This document shows, in pieces, positions 10,301 through 20,168 of a DNA stretch of 53,885 bases (positions are counted from its first letter, which is position 1; each line of letters starts with the position of its first letter). The position numbers and the translations under genes were made by a program. Below the pieces are notes generated by a model. It saw nothing but the letters and a program-made list of their open reading frames with translations, did not search any database and was not told the DNA's origin. Source of the DNA: Chrysochromulina tobinii (taxonomy: Eukaryota); NCBI GenBank assembly GCA_001275005.1, contig JWZX01002919.1:1-53885 (forward strand), written 5' to 3'.

Positions 10301-10985
10301 CTAGACGTCGAACTCCTCGATGAAAGTGACTGCCATGCTGTGAGTTTCGCCGAGCTCTAAAATGCACTGGACGAGGGCTGCGTGCAGCAAGCCGCGCAAG
10401 TGGTCTGGTACGCTCGGCGAAAAGGCTATCGCGTCCACAACCATCACGTGCTTCAGCGTCAGTGCTTTTTGCCATCGAGAGACGTCGAGCTCGTACCTCA
10501 CCACGACGACAGCAAACAGGTCTTCTAGCCGATCGCCAACCTGAGCACACGGCAGCCGACGGTCATGTCACCGTGCCCAATGCGATGTAGATTCAAACGG
10601 GGGCAGGTTCGAAGGACGATGAGCACACAAAGGCTCCAAGAGATCTGCCAATGAGGAACTGTGGCCAATCTGAGCGGGGAAGGTCGCCCGTCCAGCGGGC
10701 AACGAGTTGTGCATCATCAGCGAGGGCTTCATGGTGTGAGCCGGTGTCGTATTGCCATTTCCACAGTGTGGCGAGGGCCATCCTCTCGCTGCTGGAGAGG
10801 GTTAGAAGGCCGACAGAGCCTTCACCACCTCCACCATGCCCCCTTGCCACCGCCGGTGGCGCTGGCGGGGCCGGTCGCACACCGCAAGCAATTGGAGGTG
10901 CACAGCGATGTCGCGCAAAGCTCCCGGGATGCGAAAAAGTCGCAGCTGTCGCCAGCACCCCAAACAGGCTGCTCGATCCGGCCAT
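10301..10985 (-). CDS. Hypothetical protein, possibly plastid-targeted (2 exons: 10985-10629, 10540-10301)
   Basis: GT-AG intron 10628-10541 joins ...RSLGAF to VGDRLEDLFAVVVVRYE in phase. The N-terminus resembles a signal peptide ending ATAAT-F followed by an R/P/A-rich transit-like stretch. Confidence 0.6.
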
Positions 10986-11121
10986 CGCGCGCGGCGCGCA
11001 CGGTTTCGTCAAGGGCAATCAGACATTCAGACTTGCCGTGAGCGTTTGGATGCTGAATTTCAGGAGAAAAGTTATCAGCAAGGTCAGTCAGTCAGTCAGT
11101 TTCTTCGCGGTCCCACAGCGC

Positions 11122-12630
11122 TCACCACACCGCGATGAGCACGTCAGGTCGGGTTATTTTACGATCGCTGACGATACAGAAGCGCCAGCGCGCGTATTCT
11201 TTATACTCCGTAAGGAATGTTCTGACGATGTGGTGAGGTGCATGCGGCACGCAAACGCCGCACGACTGGTTGCATCGCCCACGTGCCTCCGGGTTTCTCT
11301 TGCAGCTCTCCATCGTTGCACTTGAACGGCACCAGCGCACGTGCTGGTCCTGGCAAGGATGCGCCTTGTCGTAAGCGCTGGCTTGCTCCACGTCTGCACG
11401 AGAGAAGCAGCTAAGCACGCGTGGCGGTGCTCGAATGGTTGCATTGAGGGCCTCGAGACGAGGCACGATCCGTCGCATGAGCGCCCGTCGGCTCGCCCGA
11501 TAGGTCGCATTTTTATGCGTGAGTGGGCGTTGCCAGCTGCCGCGAGTATTGTCGGCCTGCTCCTTTTCGGCATCCGCGCGCAGCCGCTCGTCGTCAATCT
11601 CGAGCTTATGCGCGGTTATCAGATGCGCGACTTCATGGGTTTGATCGCTCACGTCGCCGATGAGGCCACCCAGAGACACGAAGTCCACCTCGACGCGCGC
11701 TGCCTGCGTGGCTTGGTACACCATCAGGCCGATGGTGCTGTCCTCGGCTGAACAGCTCCAAGGGGCCCACAGTAGCGAGCCGCGAGGCCGATACTTAGTG
11801 CGGATCGTGGTTTCGTCCACCCTCAAACCTGTGGGATCTTTGACACTCGTCGAACGTCCAAAGGTGCGCTGCGCCGCAACAAAGGCGCATGCCGAGTCGG
11901 ACGCAAAAACAAGGCGCGCAAGCGCCGTCGACATGATCTCGAGGGCACCGGTGGCGAACAGGAAAGGACCGACGATGGTGGCGTTGAGCGGGTGCCCCAA
12001 CGATCGACCTTGCCGGTCGTAGCAAAAGGGATGGTTGACACAAAATCGGCAATTGGTGTGAATCCCACCGAGTTGGCTCACTGTCTGAGCGGCAAGCGCG
12101 CCCGCCGGTCCGTGTGACCAGCCGCAGCCAACATTGTGCTCAGGAAGAAACGAAGTGAACTGTGCCCATCCGCCGTACAGGTATCTGGTGCGCGCAGCCG
12201 TCAGGCTCATCCTCAACAAGGCCGCTAGGTTCGTGAAGTGATTGAGACTATCGTCGTCGGTTTTCGCGATGAACGTCACCTTTGGGAAGAGCACCAAGGC
12301 AGCCACGCTCCACCACGCAAACGACTTTTCGATGCAGGCGGCCAGCCGTCCGTCTCGCATTCCGACGAACACCAGGTCTCCGTGTGCCACATGCTCGGCC
12401 ATTAGTGCACCAGTGGCCGGACAGCCGACCACAAAGCGTTGCACCACCGCGGGCTCTGCATATCGAAGCGCAGCGGCACGCAGCCAGGAGCGCCGTTTGG
12501 GCAATAATGGTGTCGAGACCACGCCAATGGCCAGAAGAAGAGGACGATCGTCCACAATGTCCTCGACCGGGCAAGACGACCGGGTCAAGTTGTCTGTGCA
12601 CAACGGTTCAATGAGGACGTGAACGTGCAT
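11122..12630 (-). CDS. Glycosyltransferase family 31 (beta-1,3-galactosyltransferase-like) with C-terminal ShKT-like domain
   Basis: IGVVST..RRSWLR, RFVVG, EHVAHGDL, KSFAWW, FIAKTDDDS (DxD), GPFLFATGALEIMS and AED motifs, plus a six-Cys CQD..C..C..C..SCGVC module. Start uncertain. Confidence 0.8.
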   Translation of the reverse strand: MHVHVLIEPLCTDNLTRSSCPVEDIVDDRPLLLAIGVVSTPLLPKRRSWLRAAALRYAEPAVVQRFVVGCPATGALMAEHVAHGDLVFVGMRDGRLAACIEKSFAWWSVAALVLFPKVTFIAKTDDDSLNHFTNLAALLRMSLTAARTRYLYGGWAQFTSFLPEHNVGCGWSHGPAGALAAQTVSQLGGIHTNCRFCVNHPFCYDRQGRSLGHPLNATIVGPFLFATGALEIMSTALARLVFASDSACAFVAAQRTFGRSTSVKDPTGLRVDETTIRTKYRPRGSLLWAPWSCSAEDSTIGLMVYQATQAARVEVDFVSLGGLIGDVSDQTHEVAHLITAHKLEIDDERLRADAEKEQADNTRGSWQRPLTHKNATYRASRRALMRRIVPRLEALNATIRAPPRVLSCFSRADVEQASAYDKAHPCQDQHVRWCRSSATMESCKRNPEARGRCNQSCGVCVPHAPHHIVRTFLTEYKEYARWRFCIVSDRKITRPDVLIAVW

Positions 12631-12918
12631 GGACACACGCGCTCTGAAAGAGATGGGGCACCATACCTCTCAACCATTCATGAATTGAGGTCCCTAGGAC
12701 GGTCATGACAAATCGCCGCCGTGCGCCGAAGAAGAGCCCTCTCTTATAGCGCCTTCTTGCCTGACATGAGGGTGTGAATCTTGAGTGTCGAGCTATAAAG
12801 AATAAACTTTGGCTGTGAATTTGAATGTGTTTGTGTGACTTCTACCGTACTGGTACCGGTATTGTTCCAAATCCTGCCAAATATAAGCCCGCCACGACCA
12901 GAGACAAATCTGTCATGG

Positions 12919-13049
12919 TTCAGTTCAGTTACTGCATAAACAACAGACAACCTAACGGAAGCCTATCGAATGTGCTCTCGAGGCTAGCAGTGGGGGTGAG
13001 AGTCGACGGAGATGGTGGGGACACAACTGAACTGAACTGAACTGAACTG
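12919..13049. mobile_element. 131-bp insertion with 13-bp TSD and inverted (AACTG)n tails
   Basis: AAATCTGTCATGG at 12906-12918 and 13050-13062. The insert starts TTCAGTTCAGTT and ends (AACTG)5. Confidence 0.8.
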
Positions 13050-13246
13050 AAATCTGTCATGGAAGGCCGGAGGTAGTTTCATTGTGAAACGGCGGGGAGG
13101 CGTTGACTGCGAACGAGCGGACGTGTCGTGAGACTCGGTGAACGAGTACACAGCAGTGTGTGTGGCGCGCGCCGCGCGCGCGCGCCGCCTCCGCATCCAC
13201 CGCCTCCGCATCCACCGCCACTGCCGCCGCCGCCACAACCATCTCC

Positions 13247-16200
13247 ATGCTGTACGGCAGCAGCACAGCCTCTCACGCGAAATACGGTGTCGCTTATGCT
13301 CCCATTTCAAAGCCAGCTGATTTTGATGCCGTGGCTGCGCTGGAGCGCATGCTGCACCGTCCTGCGCCTCCCGAACCACGGCGGCTGATTGCTGAGGAGC
13401 CATTGCCGCAGCATCGACCCGCACCACGGCGCGTAACATGGGGGACCGAGATGCTGTCGCACGCGCATGCTCCACATCCGCCGGATTCGGCACTGGTACG
13501 TTGGCGTGCACCTAGGCCTCCGCCACAATCGGCCAGGTCGAGCGACCAGGTTCAAGACGACCTGGAGCGGAGACCTGTATTGCACTCTGCTCGCGACCGT
13601 TCCCATGCTCTACTGGATCGATATCTGGAGTTTCATCGGCGGCCGCCATTGGCAGCACCGGCACTACGAGGGCGGCGGGTAACGTGGGAGACCGAGATGC
13701 TGTCGCCGCAGCTCCAGTGGATAATCAACCAGAGAGCCGAGGACATCCGTCGCGAACGTTCTGTAAACACGGCAGTGCCTGATGGGCAGCAGGAAACACA
13801 ACCCATGACTGAGCAGACGCAGCCCAGTAGGTCGAGCGTGCTGAAGGCTGTCGATGGCAAGCATCATGCGTCGGTGCAGATTCTCGTTGAGGTCGTTTGC
13901 AAAGTTGATTCAACAGGGCTGGGATCTACACATCATGATCAGAGCAAGTACGACCACTATTTCGACCAGGTCGTCGCTGGACTTTCAGGCATGGTCACTT
14001 CTCCACTCGACCCCAAACATACGATCGACGTCAGCGTTGACAAGGTTTCCACAGCAGCCGCAGCCCCGGCAGCGCCGTTCGTCGGAGGGCCCAATGGCAA
14101 CGGGAGCCGACTTGGAGCGTTTGAGGTCTACCTCTGCACCGATCTCGTGGATGTTGAGACCGTACCGCCCTGCTCCGGTCTGCACTCGAAGCTGCACTCG
14201 CGCCACTGGCCCAATATCAAGCAACTGCAAGCTAGGTGCAACGATGTCCTGCTGCGCGTCTTCCATCGCTGGAAGCGCGACGTGGAGCTGCGTGCAGCCA
14301 TTCCACACATTGTGGAAGCTTCGGGTGCGACGCTCTCTCTCACTCCGAATATTTCTATCGACGATATCCGTCCGATGTCACCGCTGACACAGACGCAAAA
14401 CTGACTCAGATGCCATCCTCCGTGTCTCGCTCGCAGATGCAGAGAAGTTCGTCGAGGCATACCTGCACAAGGCATCCCCAGGTCTTCTCGCTGTCGTCAT
14501 CGAGATGATGCACACGTTGCAGGCAGCAGATCAAGCGCTCGCAACCGCGATGACACCACAGACCGATGCCACCGAGCCGCAAGAATTCGATGCTGCTTGG
14601 ATTCCACCCTTGCATCAGGCCATCGAGGATCACGGCGCGCACGCAAGTCCGAGCGTACTTGCAGCAGCCGAAACGTGCCTTACGTCCTGGATCGCCACGC
14701 GCACTGCAAATGACGCGCTCCGCACGGCACCCGCAGTCCAGGAGGAGGTGAGGAAGGCTCTTATCCAAGGCCGCGCCGCCAAAGCGAGTGTGAAATGTAT
14801 TGAGCAAGCTGAAGCGCGATTGCGAGTCCTTGAGACGGCGGACAATGCTCTGAACGAAGCCATCCGAAGCGCTGTCGTCAAAGATTTGCGGCTTGCAATC
14901 CCTATGCACCGTGACCACGCCAGCCCAGGGGTCGTGAGCGATGCACAAGCAACGCTCGCGCACTTAGAGGCGAAGGCCGACTCTGAGCTCCGCGCAGAGC
15001 TCGCTGACGCATTGGACGTTAGCAGCATTCGCGCGCTCTGCATGGCGTACGCTGAGCGCTGCACGGCCCCCGGGCTCGCCGAGGCGGCGGCGGCGGCGGA
15101 GGCTATGCATAAGGCTGACACGGCAGTGACGTTGGCAATGCAAGGTGCAGAGGTTGCATTTGGTGCTGGTTTCTCCGATGTTCTAGAGGTTTTAGTCAGT
15201 GCTCTGAACACCCATGGCGGGCGTGCGAGCGCCAACGTATCTACGGCTGCCGGCAGGGCATTGGCTCGAATGCAAGCTGATGCAGCGTTGATCTCAACAC
15301 CGTCTGACCAGGCTGAGCTCAGATTCGCCCTGGAGTGCAACAAATCGGCAAGCTCGAAAACCATAGCGCAAGCAGAGGCACGCTTGCAAGCCCTTGTCAT
15401 GGCAGATGCTGCTCTGAATGAGGCCATCGAAACCTCGGTGACCAAAGACTTACGAATTGCAATACTTGAGCATTATAACCAAGCGAGCCCAGGCGTTGCA
15501 AGCGCTTCAAAAGCATACCTTGCGCAACTAGAAGCCGAGGCTGATGCAGGGCTTCGTGCCGGACTGGCTGCGGCGACAGAAGCTATCACGGTCCGAGAGC
15601 TCAGCGAGCAGTATGCGGAACGCGCGACGGCGCCCGTGCTCGCCGAAGCGGCGGCTGCGCTGAACGCGCTGGACGCTGCTGACCTAGCGCTCACAATAGC
15701 GATGGGCGACGATTACGATCCCGAACTGATCGGTCCCTTGGAAGAGGAGTTTCAAAGGCAAAGTTCCTCCGCGAGTGCCAGCATCGTAACCGAGGCTAGG
15801 TTTAAGCTGGAAAGTTGGAAGGCCATCTTCTCAGCTAACAGCATTCTACGTGCAGCTCCTAACTCGGCGATCGAACTCCGGCAGCTGATTGCGGAATTCG
15901 GCTCTATTGCGCTCCCAGCTGTCGTGGAGGAGGCACGCACTCGATTAGATCGGCTAGCTATTTCTGACGCTGCCCTTGAAGAGGCTTGCCACGTATCCAT
16001 TCCTGCTTTGCGAGCCGCACTCCCGGAGCATGGCCCTCACGCCACTCGCATAGTTTCCGAGAGAGCAAAGGCAGCTCTTGCAGAGCAGGAACGCAAGGCG
16101 GACGCAGTACTCCGCGCCAGTGTCGCGCAGGAACGAGAGCAGTCCGCACTGCGAGAGCTCATCAACAAGTACCTAGACCAGGCGACGCAGCCGGCTTTGG

Positions 16201-19200
16201 ATGAGGCCGCCGCACGCCTCAAAGTGATCGAAGAAGTGGACGCAGCGATTCGAGACACCGTCTTTAAGTACACCGAGGAGGAGCCGAAGCCTCTGAAATC
16301 GTCGCTCACAATGGTGGAGGAGGTCATTGATGCTAACAAAGACCGAGCGAGCCCCAGTGTGGTCATCAGCGCACAACACGCGTTGCTTGAGAAACGCAAA
16401 CGATTGAATGCTGACGCGAATCAAGCTCTTGTGACGGCCCCCGCAGATTACGATGAGCTGCTCGATGCGATCGATGCGAACAAGGAGCACGGTTCGCCAG
16501 AGGTACTCACCGTTGCGCTGGTCGTTCTCAAACTGCTTACACCGATCGCCGAGCTACAGTCCGCTGTTGATGTGCTCAAGATCTCTGCGCTCTCAGGGGG
16601 CATCGCGAAGGTCAGTTTCGTGAACGAGAGGTATGACTTTGGCACGTTTCACAAGATAGATGGGCGAGCAGGCAAGGCCATAAAGGAGCGTAAACTGCGC
16701 GCGCTGAATGATGCGATTATTGCCGTGAAGACGGCGCTAAACTTCCTGGACGTGGAAGAGCGAGTCTATACGATGAATTCGTACGCAGTAGCGATTGATG
16801 CTCCGCAAGATGAGCTCACGTCGGCCAGGGAGGCGAGGTCGCGCGCTGCCGAGGCGCAGAGGGCCGCCGACGAGGTCTTGGCAGATCATGTCGTTCAGCC
16901 GCCAAAGTGGACGTTCACCTCTGCCATTGCTGCGGCACAACGCCGAATGTTGAGTTCTCTAAAGGAGCTTTCACCACGCCGGCGTATGCAGCGGCATAAA
17001 ATCAAGCGGCTTCTAATGCGCGCAGCTTTCGCTCCGGGCGGCCAGGCTGATCTGCGCGTCGCGATCGGCTCCGCTGCCTTTGGACCCCCAGAAAGTCCCA
17101 TGCCCAAGCGGCTCATGGGTCAAAGTATCTGGGACGGGGATCGGATGTGCAAATTGCCATATGGATGGCTTCAAAGAACGGAACTCATCTTTGTCGAGTG
17201 GGCCGCTTTTGTCTTGAGACAGAAGCGGCGGAGGGCGGAGGAGTACGAGAGAAAGCTAGCCGAGGCGGAGGCCGCAAGGAAAGCGCAGGAAAAGCAAGAC
17301 CCAGATGCTCTTCTCCCGGGTTGGTCTTCCCGAGTTGTGTTCGTGCACGAGAGTGGACAGACGGCGTTGGAACTACCTCTCGTGGCGCTAAAGCCCGAGC
17401 AGCAGCCCGAGCCAGAGCCTGAGCAAGAGTACGAGAGAAAGTCATCCGAGGCGGAGGCAGCAAAGGAAGCGCAGGAAAAGGAAAAGCAAGACCCAGATGC
17501 TCTTCCCCTGGGTTGGTCTTCCCAGGTCATGTTCGTGCACGAGAGTGGGCAGACGGCGTTGGAACCGCCTCTCTTATCGCCAAAGCCCGAGCGAAAGCTT
17601 CCAGAAGGCTGGCAGCAGTTCGTCGATCCAACCTCGCGCATGCCCTACTATGTCGAACTAAAGACACTTAGGACAACCTGGAAAAGGCCGACAGAAGAAA
17701 GGCTATGGTTGGAAAGAAATTTTATTGAATGGCGCAACTTGGTCAGACGCATCAAGGAGGAGTCCATGAGGAAGATGGAGGAGTTGCTCCTACCAGCCGG
17801 CTGGACCGAGTTTTACGATAAGAAGACCAGTTCCTTCTACTATGTCAGCGACGAGGGTGAGACCACCACGACACGGCCACGGGAGGCGACAGAGAAGGCT
17901 CGTAAAGAGCAGGAGGAGGAAGAGAGGATAATTCAGATGAAGAATGCCGCGGATGAGCGCAGGAGGTTGCTGCGTGAAGCACAACGAGCCAAGGAAATCC
18001 GCAAGAAGCAAAGGAAAGCGGCCGAGGCAGAGAACAAGCTGCGAAAGGCGAGGGAGGTGCAAGACAAGAAAAGGCAACAAGAGCTTGCGGCCCAGGCGAA
18101 GAAGGAGGCCGAAGCAAAGGCTAAGGCTGAAGTAGAGGCTGCTGCGCAAAGGGCCGCCGAGGAGGCAGCGGCTGCAGCCGAGCATGAGCGGCTTGCCGAG
18201 CTAAAGGCGCAGGAGGATGCCCTCGCGGCTAAGGCTAAGGCTGAAGCGGCTGAAGCCGCAAAAAGTTTGAATTTACCATGGGCGTACAACACGGAAGAGA
18301 CGCCGATGGACAACATTCGAACATGGCTCGCATTTCACAAAGCCGGAAGCAAGGACTTGTTTGTACGAACTAAAGCGCTCGAACCCGCGCCTACCCATTC
18401 GAGGATGAGCCCTGCATCATTTCATGCTCTGACATGACTGCTGTTGCATGGGGTTGTTTCTATTTCCGCAGAATAAGTGGGATGTTGATCGCAACGGCTT
18501 GATCAGCAAGACCGATTTTCGCAAGGCAGTTCCCGTGTGGTCGGGCAACCTCATGACACACGCGCAGATGGAGTTGTTGTTCAATCAACTCGATGACGAC
18601 GGCAGTGAAGCGATTGACTTTAAGGAGTTAGATAGGAAAATTAAGGGCAGGAGCTATTCAATCGACCCCGACGCTGCCAAGACGCCCGGATACGAGAAGC
18701 TCATGAAGCTCATGAAAGTGCACGCCAAACTCATCATAGATTCATTCTCGAAGTGGGATACGAACAAGAACGGGGCCATTTCGAAGGCGGAGTTCCGCCA
18801 GATGATACCACGCCTGATCGGTATAGTCTGCAGAGACCCCGACTCTTTCAACAGGGGACTCCGAGAGAAAGACATCGATGCTGTCTATGAATCTTTCGAC
18901 AATGACGATTCGAACGCTGTGGACATCAACGAATTGATGAGTCGTCTCATTCCGAAGTCACGGAAGAAGTCTCCCAACGAGTTCGCGCGGAGCCCGAGCT
19001 CTAGAGGCTCACCAGCACCCTCAACCCAACCTTCACCCGAACCCATGAAGTCCGGACCGTCCTCGCCAGAACCTTCATTGCAAGCGCGAGAGCCCGACTC
19101 AGGTGCGGCCTCACTGTCAGATGTTGTCACAGCTGGGGGTAGGCCGAATGTGCACATCGATGGCGAGGAGGACCTCGCCTCGGCCCAGCCACAGGCTATG

Positions 19201-19239
19201 CGCAGCCCTGATCAGGCCGTCTCCACACCTGAGTTGTAG
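13247..19239 (+). CDS. ~1920-aa multidomain protein: Rdx/SelW-like domain, helical repeats, WW domains, coiled coil, 4 EF-hands (exons 13247-14324, 14437-18362, 18472-19239)
   Basis: GT-AG introns 14325-14436 and 18363-18471 join three ORFs in frame. WW motifs LPEGWQQFVDPTSRMPYYV..TTWKRP and LPAGWTEFYD..FYYV. EF loops DVDRNGLISKTDF, DDDGSEAIDFKEL, DTNKNGAISKAEF and DNDDSNAVDINEL. The start could instead be ATG 13805. Confidence 0.8.
17241..17592 (+). repeat. Near-tandem intragenic duplication (~160 bp x2: 17241-17400, 17427-17592)
   Basis: Both copies encode EYERK..EAEAA..AQEK..QDPDAL..GWSS.V.FVHESGQTALE.P with high DNA identity. Confidence 0.9.
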
Positions 19240-20168
19240 ACTACGGCGGGCGGAGTTCGATCTCAGGAGGTCTATTCCAGGATAAGGCACTTTGAAAGTC
19301 ACTCAAGAACAGGATGTCATCAGGAACCCCTCAGGTGCGGTCACCTATCCGATCCCCTAGCTTCCTAGGCGCTAGGGGTTCGTCCTAGAGACTAGGAGCG
19401 CGCCGCCGTCCGGGGAGCCCGCGACCCCTCGTCCCGGGCTCCGCGGCGTCGCCGACACGCCGCACGGATCCGTTGGTTTTCGCAATGGAAGCGTTTACGA
19501 TCTTCTCGCGTTAGTAAGCCCGTTAGACGCGTAAAGACGATTTTTCAGCCGTACGCGGTCTACGGCACCCCAGCCGAATATCCCACGCCCCCGCGGGCCC
19601 CCGGCAGCCTTTCCCGTTTCCGGTGCGTCATACAAGATACATCATTTCGAGATCGTTGTCGAACGATTATCTTGCGGGACTTGCGCAAAACCTAACGTGC
19701 CGTCCTCGGTCAACTCTCGGGGTACATGTATACTCGGGTATACTCGGGTTCGCCTCTTCGTTAACTTTATTGTTTATAAAAGGTCCAATGGCGGGTCTTT
19801 CTTACCACACCATATGTTACCAGCACGGCCCGGATCTCACGCCTTTATATATCTCACGCCTCCTCCACAGACCACACCACGTTCCACGGGCCCACGTATC
19901 TGCTTTTCCTTACTTTTCCTCGCCGCGCACACACAGCGTGTACTACTAGTAGCTACCATACCGCGTCGTAGTTGCATTACCGTTGCCACATTGCCACCGA
20001 TCCGCGCCCACACATGGACATCACAGAGAGACTCCTCTGATCCCGGCACCAGAGCACACGAGGCTAAGGTGATCAGAAGTGAACTATACCTCTTGGACCA
20101 CATCCACCCCACATCACACACGCCTCACGATGAGTCGCACTTCGTACTTCGCCTGGACATTTGGTTCG

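Noticed and set aside
12906..13062. CRISPR-like repeat-spacer unit
   Set aside because: Only two 13-bp repeats, eukaryotic context and no cas genes; better explained as a TSD.
19324..19566. Spliceosomal snRNA or tRNA
   Set aside because: No U1/U2/U4/U5/U6 signature, no canonical Sm site, and no cloverleaf with T-loop.
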